Positions 53,966 through 64,000 of a stretch of 64,000 nt of DNA are shown here, piece by piece (the first letter of the stretch is position 1; each line of letters starts with the position of its first letter). The stretch lies in NCBI RefSeq assembly GCF_009914755.1, contig NC_060939.1. One strand, given 5' to 3'. The notes beneath the pieces were generated by a model. That model was not told where the DNA came from. It did no database searches and saw only the letters and a program-made list of their open reading frames with translations. The position numbers and the translations under genes were made by a program. The DNA is from the human T2T-CHM13v2.0 reference genome, Homo sapiens.

Positions 53966-56578
53966 GTATCACCGCTGAGGCCAGAGGGTGCTGACCTCTT
54001 TTTATTATATCTAGTGAGCAATTAGCTTTCATATCTCTTAAATGAAGAACTAAGATTATTTGGGGTCATTTACATTTCTGATCCCGATAAGTAAACCTAT
54101 TCTTTCATTGATACACATGGATAACTAACAGTGATTCATGTTAAGTTAAATGTCTTATCTTCTCCCTAGGACCTGCAAAATGTCCTGTCTTTACACTGAC
54201 CATTTTCTTCCAGAACAGAGACTATCCAACCCCTACAAATTCAGTGAATTTAACCACCCTTGACGTTCAATAACAAACCTAAAAATAATTGATCTATAAT
54301 TTCAGTTTAAATGATCTGACATAGCCAGGCTACTTTTAAATGACAGCAAATGGGATTTTTTAATGGAAATATTGATAGGCCCTTAAGTGTATTGGGGAAT
54401 CGAGAACAATGACAATGATATTGCACTAATAAACCTAATGCCATGGAGATTGTCTTTTTAAAAAATGCGTCTTTTCTTTATCACAGCATAATACCTAGCT
54501 TGACAACAGAAATGTCAACAGTTAGGGCTCTATTCTTCAAACCGTCATGCTCTATTAATGCTGTTTTTCAGTGGGATTTACTTTGTCAAGGAAGGAAGGA
54601 CCAAAGAGGAAAGTCTATGGTCTTCCTATTCACTAAATCCCTCTTCTCACTGATGCACAAATGACTAACTACTCCCAATGCCACAAAAAGAATGAGAGTT
54701 GAAAATGGGCCAAAATCGTCTAGGGAGCAGGGAAAAGAAAGCCAGCCCTGTACAAGCAAAAGTGTGTCTAGATAAGAAGGAAAAGAAAACAGAGTAGGTG
54801 ATAGGAATGCCAAGGGCTACTCCCCGTTTTGTGTTTGTGATCTTTCAGTTGGGGGAAACAGTAGAGAAAAAACTTTACCATGCAAATATAATTGAGTACT
54901 ATTAGCTGGGGCTGAGAATAGTGTCTTAACTGGGTTTCAAAGAAGCCCTTGCAGTTTAACACCTTTAATCCAAACAGGAGGAGGATAATAAACTATGGCA
55001 GGGACACATAGGGATGTAAAATGAGGCTGAGGAGAGGTTAAAAGGATTATAGATATAAAGTGTTAGCTGTAACTGGGGAGATATCAGGAGTAATAAGACA
55101 GCAGGAAGCAGACAGAATGCTTTGTTTAGCTTGGATTTAGTTGTGAAATTTGGGTGCAGAGCAGATTTTGGTTTAACCTTTGCATTTAGAGAAGCAACAA
55201 TCTAGTACACCCTAATATAGAATAGACAGATAAACAATTTCAAATCAAGGGTTCAGAGCAGAGAAACCACTTGAACTTTAAATATCTGAGTCTAAGAAAC
55301 TGTTATGCCACCTATGTATAAACAGGTTGTTTTAGACTACATTTGCGCACATGATCTCTTTCAGTCTTCACAAAAATCCCATGAGATAAGAAGAGCAGGA
55401 TCTATTCTCTCCATTTTATACATGATGGCACTGAGGGTCACAGAGGATAGGGACTTTCCTAGAGTGACACAACCAGAAAGGATTTCCTGTGACCATCTAT
55501 TGTCACGTTCTATGTCTAAGAATTTTCCTCCAGGAGATACTGCCTTGCAAAAACTTTTCAAAAATTATTTTACAGTGAAAAAGTCCTGGTGCCAAGACAG
55601 AAAACTCTCCTACTAATTTTTAATTTGGCACATAACAATCTTCTACCCTAATTCCAGAATTCATCTAACTTCTTTCCCAAATAAGTGTTGTAAGAAATAA
55701 ACATAAAAGCTAGGATTTTATTCGTAGCAAATTGCTATGGAAACATGAAATTATCCCTATGTTAATAGCATTATGTCTTCTTTTTCTGTGTAAATGGTTG
55801 AACAAATTATGCTTTTTATCTACCTTTCTTTTATGACTAAGGGTAAGGAAACATCCATAAAGTATTGAAATTATTGCTAGAGGAGCCAAATTCCAATATC
55901 TGTGCTTTTGAATATGCATTTATAAATAACTTCATTAGAATTAAACAATTACAGGACAAATAATCTTTCTAGATATTATTCAACATTCTAATGCAAAGGT
56001 TATATCAATAAAATAAAAGGCTTTCACTTCCAGCTAAGATCAAACATGTGATAAGGCAACCAGAACTTGAAGAGACATCATCCTGGAGAGAAGAAAAGCT
56101 CACTGATATAAATTCGTCATCTGCCTGCTTCTTCTTTTCTTCTTAGGGAGTTTGCCAACTCTAGGCCCAGAAAGAGGACAAGAAGTCAGGTAGAAGATCC
56201 ACTGCTTGGTACCAGAGAAACCAGCAGAACTTTTGGCAATTTCATGGGACTAGGGAGAAAACAACTGGGATCATAAAGGGCTATATCTCAGAAAAAAGGG
56301 ACTACCAAAAAAATTAGCTCAGCACTTTGCACTGGGTTTGCACCCAGAGTCTCTAAAAGTTTTTACATGAAATGTTCAGCATTTCATCAAAAATTAATGA
56401 GCATGCTGAGAAATAAAATGAAGAAGGAAGAAAAACAGACAATAAAAATAGACCCATAGGTAACTCAAATGTTAACAAACAAGAATTTTTAAGTAACTGT
56501 GATTAATTTGTCAGGAAAGTAGATAACAAAATAGAAATTATGACCAAGAACTAGAACCTACAAAAATAATATAATTGA

Positions 56579-57160
<582 letters not shown>

Positions 57161-57608
57161 CTAGAAATCAATAGCAAAAAAATACTATAAAATTCTCAAG
57201 TATTTATAAATTAAAGCAGCGTACTTTTATGTAACTCATGGTCAAAGAAGAAATAGCAATGGAAATTAGAAAATTATTTGAACTGAATTAATTTGGGACG
57301 GAGCTAAAGCTATGCTTAGAGGAAAATGTATAGCCATAAAATGTATATTTTTAAAAGAAGAGTGGCTAAAATCAATGAGCTAAGTATACAACTCTAAAAA
57401 AGAACAGTAAATTAAACCCAAAGCTGAAAGCAGATATTAATGAGGTCGAAAATAAACATAAAATACAGAAAAACCTTAAAATTTTGATTATTTAAGAAGA
57501 TAACAAAAAGATAAGTCCTCTAATAAGACTGATCAAGAACAAAGAGAATGCCATATTTAGCAATGTCAGATATTCAAAAAGGGATGCTACTACTAGATTC
57601 TAGGATAT

Positions 57609-58025
57609 TGTATTAGGCCATTCTTGCATTGCTATAAATAAATAACTGAGACTGGGTAATTTATAAGGAAAGAGGTTTAATTGGCTCATGGTTCTAAAGG
57701 CTGTACAGGAAGCATAACATCAGCATCTGCTTCTGAGGAGGGCTCTGGAAGCTTACAATCATGGCAGAAGGTAAAGCGGGAGCTTGCATGTCACCTGATG
57801 AATGTAGGAGTGAGAGAGAGGGAGTGAGGTGCCACAGTTTTAAACACTCAGATCTCACAAGAAGTCACTCACTACAGCAAGAACAGCACCACAGGGATGG
57901 TGTTAAACCATTCATGAGAAATCAACCCCCATGATCCAATCACCTCCCACCAGGCCCTACCTCCAATACTGGGGATTACAATTCACTATGAGATTTGGGC
58001 AGGGACACATATCCATACTATATTG
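57609..58025 (-). mobile_element. MST (MSTB-like) solo LTR
   Basis: tgtattaggccattcttgcattgctataaa...atccaatcacctcccaccaggccc; 5-bp TSD gatat/gatat. Confidence 0.92.
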
Positions 58026-58584
58026 GATATTTAAAAAGATATAAATAATATTCTGAACTACTGTCTGTTAATAAATCGGACAATTTGGATAAAATGGACA
58101 AACTTCCAGAAAAAAATACACTTACCAAGAATGACACAGAAAGAAATAAAAATATGTAAAATTTCTGTATCTAAAAAACAAAATTAAATCACCAATTAAA
58201 GACATACCTACAAACAAAACCCTGGGCTTTGCTAGTGAATTCTATCAAACATTTAAAAATAAAATCCTACCAAACTTGCACAAACACTTCCAGAAGAGAT
58301 AACACTTATCAACTCATGTTATCAGCACAGAATAACCTTGACAGAAAAATATGGCAAGGACATTACAAGAAAAGAAAACTACAGACCACTTTCAATAATA
58401 AATGTAAACGTAAAAAAATATACAAAATTTGTATATTGAATCAAATTGAATCCAGTGAGATTTAAAACAACTATGTCATGACCAAGTGGGGTTTATTCCA
58501 GAGATGTTCGATTAGTTTACATTAAAAAAAATCAATGTAGTTAACCTATATTAGTGAAGAATAAAAGAGAAAAAAATTATTCTT

Positions 58585-59006
58585 TGTTTAGTCTTTTTTC
58601 TATTGCTATAACAGTATATTTGATACCAGGTAATTTATAAAGAAAAGAGGTTTATTTAGCTCACAGTTCTGGAGGCAGGAAGTCCAAGATCAGGCAGCTG
58701 CTTTTGGTCAGCTTCTGGGTGAGGGCCTCATGCTGTATCATAGCATGGCGCAAGTGGAAGGGAAACTGGACATCTGCAAGGAGACCAAACACGAGAGGCA
58801 GCCTCACATAACAACTCACTTTCATAGTAACTAATCAAGTCTTGAAAGAGCAAGAACTCACTCACTACCACAAAACTGCATTAATCCCTTCATGCAGGTG
58901 GATCGCAGATGCCTCTTACAGGTCTCACCACCTCTCAACACTGTTACATTAGGGACAAAGCCTCGACATAATTTTTATGGGGAAAAACTAAGTTCAAACC
59001 ATAGCA
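58585..59006 (-). mobile_element. Older MST-type (MSTC/MSTD-like) solo LTR
   Basis: ggtaatttataaagaaaagaggtttatttagctcacagttctggaggc...ttcaaaccatagca. Confidence 0.85.
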
Positions 59007-59556
59007 TCTTCTCAACAGAAACATTTGATAAAACGTATCATGCATTCACAATAAAAAGTCACATTAACTTTAAAATCAGATAGAAAGAAATAAAAGGTAA
59101 CATTTCTTACTATTGAAAAATCTATTTTATTTTAATTACTATTAAAATTGTCACCAGAACCAGATGACCAGATGAGTTCTAGCTAACTTTATATATGTCA
59201 AAAAATAACTATACATGTAATTATATATTTTATATATTAAATATGCACTTAATAGCTTTATATTTTAGAGCAATTTTAGGTTCACAGAAAAATTGAGCAG
59301 AAAGTACTGAGAGTTCTCATGTTCCCCCTACCTCCAGAAATGCACAACCTGCCCCACTATCAACATCCCACAGTGGTACCATTTGTTACAACCAATAAAG
59401 TTACATGAACACATAATTATCACTGAAAGTTCATAGTTTACATTAGAGTTTACTCTTGTTGTACATTTTATCAGTTTGAACATATATATAGTGACATATA
59501 CCCACCATTACAGTATTATACAAAATAGTTTCACTCCCCTAAAAGTATAAACAAAT

Positions 59557-59703
59557 CTAAAGCTATGCTTAGAGGAAGACTTACAGACTTAAAATGGATA
59601 TTTTTAAAAGAGGAGAGGCTAAAATCAATGAGTCCAATATACAACTCTAAAAAACAGTAAATTAAACTCAAAGATAAAAGCGGATATTAATCAAGTAGGA
59701 AAA
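59557..59703 (+). repeat. Diverged direct copy of 57304-57452
   Basis: Shared blocks ctaaagctatgcttagaggaa, tatttttaaaaga, ggctaaaatcaatgag, tatacaactctaaaaaa, aacagtaaattaaac, gatattaat in the same order and spacing. Confidence 0.85.
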
Positions 59704-59720
59704 GTCAACATTTGATGATC

Positions 59721-60061
<341 letters not shown>

Positions 60062-61541
60062 TGATCTTTCCACTGTCTCATGGTTTTGCCTATTCCATGT
60101 AGTTGGAACCCTGCAGCATGTAGCCTTTTCAGATTGGCTTATTTCACTTAGAAATATGCATTTAAGTTTCTTCCATGTCTTTTCATGGGTTCATAGCTGA
60201 TTTCCTTTCAGCGCTAAATAATATTTCATTGTCTGGATGTACCACAATTTATCCATTCACCTACTGATGGACATCTTGATACTTTCAAGTCTTGGCAATT
60301 ATGAGTAAAGCTGCTATAAACATCCATGTGCAGGTTTTTGTGTGGACATAAGTTTTCAGTTCATTTGGGTAAATACAAAGGAGTGTGATCACTGTATCAT
60401 ATGGTAAGAGTATTTTTAGCTTCCCAAGAAACTCTCAAATTATCTTCCAAAGTGACTGTACCATTTTGCATTACTAGTAGAAATGACTGAGAGTTCCTGT
60501 TGCTCAATGTTCTCACTAGCATTGGGTGTTGTCACTGTTTTGGATTTTTATATTTAGTAAGTGTGTAGTGGTATCTCACTGTTTTAATTGTCATTTTTTA
60601 ATAACATATTATATCGAGCACTAAATGGAACTTTTAAGTTTTATAAAGAGTATCTAAAAAAACCCTACAGCAGAGGTAATAATAATGAACTATTGAAATC
60701 TTTCCTCCTAATAGTGAAACTGAAATGAAGATGTCTGCTCTTGTCAGTTCTCTTGACATTTTACTGAAAATCCCAGCAGGAAATAAGAAAAGCAAGATAT
60801 AAGAAAGGGAAAGGAAGAAATATAACTGTAACTATTTACAAACAACAAGAAATTCCAGAAGAACCTACATATACACAGAATTAACAACTGAATTTAGTAG
60901 AATCCCTGATTCAGTATCAACATAGAAAAATTATATTTCCTTACAGCAGTGATAAAATAAGTAGAAAGAATTAGTGAGAGAAATGTACAAGCAATCTAAA
61001 TAATATTGACCCAAAGAACTATAAATAGATCAATGGACATAATTTAAAAGTCCAAAAACAGATTCACATGTATGTGGTTATTTAACAAATATTATACTAA
61101 AGGCAATGGAGAAATCCTAGTTTTTCAAGTACTGTTAGGTCAATTGGATGTCCTTACGGAAAAAAAAAAATTGGTCCCAGACTCACACTATATGTAAAAT
61201 AATCAGTTCCAGGTCAACAGTAGATTTAAATATAAAAGTAAAAACAATAAATCCTTAGAAGACAACATAGGATATCTTGTGGAAGAAAACTATTTTTAAA
61301 AACAGTAAACAAAATGCTAATCATAAAATATAAAGTTGATATACTGGACATTAAAATTAAGAATTTATCTTTATCAAAAGACACCATTTTGAAGAGGCAA
61401 GTCACAGAATATGAGAAGTATTTGCAATATACACCTGATAGCTAATTTGTATCAATAACACATAAATAACTCCAACAAATTGATTTTAAAAAATAAAGCC
61501 ATGGGGGGGAAAAAGGCAAAAGACTTACAAAGGCATTTCAA

Positions 61542-61880
<339 letters not shown>

Positions 61881-62712
61881 TCAACATCATTACTAATTAG
61901 GAAAAGGAGATTCAAACCCCAATAACAAAAGGGTAAAATTTGGAAGCTGATTGTACTAAATGTTGATAGGAACATGAAACAACAGGAATGCTTATAAACA
62001 CGTGTATCTGTTTGGAAAATTTTTTGCCGATCTCTGCTAAAGCCGAATACGCCCTATGACTTAACAATTCCACTCCCAGGTATATATCTGACAGAAACAC
62101 ATACACGTCCACATCCAAATGTCCAGAGTAGCACTAAATAGCCAAAAGGCAAACAACTCAAATTTTCATTAACAGTAGAATGGATAAACAAATTGTGTAT
62201 GGATACATGGTGTAATATTTTAGAGTACTGAGGATGAACCAACGGCTGCTCCTCCAAACAACATGGCCGTAGCAACATTGTGTCTCTCAGAAATAGTGTT
62301 ATGAGACAAAAAAAAAGACTAAAAATGCACATTCTGTATAACTTCATTTATATGCAGTTAAAAACAGGCAAAAGCAACTAATTATGATATCAGAAAGCTT
62401 CTGTTCACTTTCAGGGGTGTGCAATGAAGATGGGGGATGAGGAGGATTTGGGGCAGCGCTGATAACTAATTCTGGAACTGGGTAGTGGTCACATGGGCCT
62501 GTTCACTTGGCGAAAATTCATCACATGATTATTTTTCTGTATGTGTGTTACACTTCAGTAAATATTTAACTTAAAGAAGTCACAATGGGCTTGAAGGAAC
62601 ATTCCGGTCTAAGTAAGAAGCTAACATAAATTACAAAGAGTGGGAATAAATAAGTTCTTCTTTAGATGGATAGGTTTAAATGCTGAAAATTCCTAAGGAT
62701 CAAAGCCAAGGC

Positions 62713-63180
62713 ATGTTTATAAATGATCTAGATGAGGGAGTATCTAATAAAATCCTCATACTTGCAGACAATACTGATATCTTTTAGGTTATAGAAAACC
62801 CAGTCAATGGGGATAAAATGCAGGAAGATTTAAAAGGCTTTCAAAGTGAGCAGAATACTAGTAAATGTGTTTCTCTGTGGTCAGCTAAATAGTAATGCAG
62901 GGAATAAAAAGAATATAAAGATGTCTTATTCATCCTTATATATGCATCAGGACTTATAGTATATTTATATACAGTCAGTACTAAAAATCATCGTTGATAA
63001 ATGAAGGATTAAATGAATGAATAAATAATGGACTTGGACTAAGCTATCAGTTACAATTTAGGAAACCATCAGGGCTAGGAGTTATTGTAGACTATTTCCT
63101 GAAGAAACAGACCAAATGTGCTAGTGAATTTGGGGTAATATTCCCAACAGCAATAAGAACGCTAAATGCAAAAGAGAAAA
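62713..63180 (+). mobile_element. CR1/L3 LINE reverse-transcriptase fossil, split by an L2 3' end (~62925-63025)
   Basis: Translation from 62713: MFINDLDEGVSNKILILADNTDIF*VIENPVNGDKMQEDL; later ctaggagttattgtagac (LGVIVD). Confidence 0.8.
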
Positions 63181-63333
63181 CATTCAACAAGAGTTCTTAA
63201 AATATGTGAGCAGGACCTCCAAGAGGAGAGTGGGAGGAAAGACCGGGCCTGTAAAGATGAAGGTGAGACAGGAACATAACTGAGGGCTGTAGAACTATCA
63301 CACTATAAACTATTTGAACGTGGATATTAATGC

Positions 63334-63719
63334 TTATGGTAGTTTTATGTATTAACTTGTCTAGGCTCTAGTACCCAGTAATGTAATCAAACACTAATCT
63401 AGGTGATGCTATAAAAAGTATGTTGTAGGTGTGGTTAATATTCACAATCAGTTGACTTTAAGAAAAGGAGATTGCTCTTGGTAATGTGAATGGGCCTCAT
63501 CCAATCTGCTGGAAGACCTGAAAAGCAAAACTGAGGTTTCCTGGAGAACTTCTGCCTAAAAACTGCAATGTCCACTCCTGTCAAGTTGCTAACCTACCAG
63601 CTTGTCCTACAAACTTCAAACTTGCAAGCCTCTACAATTACATAAGCTAATTTCCTTAAAATGTGTGTGGATGGTCGGGGAGAGGGGGTCTGTTTCTCTG
63701 GAGAACCCTGACTGATATA
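63334..63719 (+). mobile_element. MLT2-family (ERVL) solo LTR
   Basis: ttttatgtattaacttg...caatcagttgactttaag...tgggcctcatccaatc...tctgtttctctggagaaccctgact. Confidence 0.88.
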
Positions 63720-64000
63720 GCACCCAAAGTATATCAGTTGCTTCCTGATAAGCAAAGAAGGATCGCTCAACAAAACAGTAGACTGTAAGACAGTCCATTG
63801 TCTTAAGAATATTTTTCTCAAACTAGTTCATTTCCCCTTTAGCTGACCTACAGTTCTGTCACAGAGAAATCCTCCTGACCATTCTTCTCCCTGGTCCTCT
63901 GGCCTTCCACCCTGTTTTAGGGATCTGCTTTCTAACACAGAGTTCTCTCCCATATTTTTCTCCCCCTGAGTCCCAGAACCCACAAACTCCTGTCACCACA

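Overview
This is AT-rich primate (human-like) non-coding DNA, not a microbial window. I see no prokaryotic genes, CRISPR arrays, rRNA or intact tRNA, and none of the supplied ORFs is a credible protein. Much of it is interspersed repeat: eight full-length Alus plus fragments, decayed L1M/L1MA/L1MC/L1PA pieces, L2, MIR, a CR1/L3 reverse-transcriptase fossil, MaLR/ERV solo LTRs and hAT MITEs. Repeat subfamily names are from recalled consensus sequences and need RepeatMasker/Dfam confirmation; boundaries of old elements are approximate. The layout fits the intron of a large gene, probably on the minus strand, which I could not name. A repeat-poor zone at about 5.4-14.7 kb carries minus-strand splice signals: a well-formed 30-nt in-frame microexon candidate (FALYLSNHYL) and possible alternative 5' exons near a MEF2 site. 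The clearest structural oddities are (1) a ~1.27 kb TSD-flanked, polyadenylated retro-insertion of mostly non-repeat sequence inside an old L1, (2) a ~150-bp locally templated copy 2.25 kb from its donor, and (3) two atypical Alu junctions. I cannot support a claim of a wholly new biological system.
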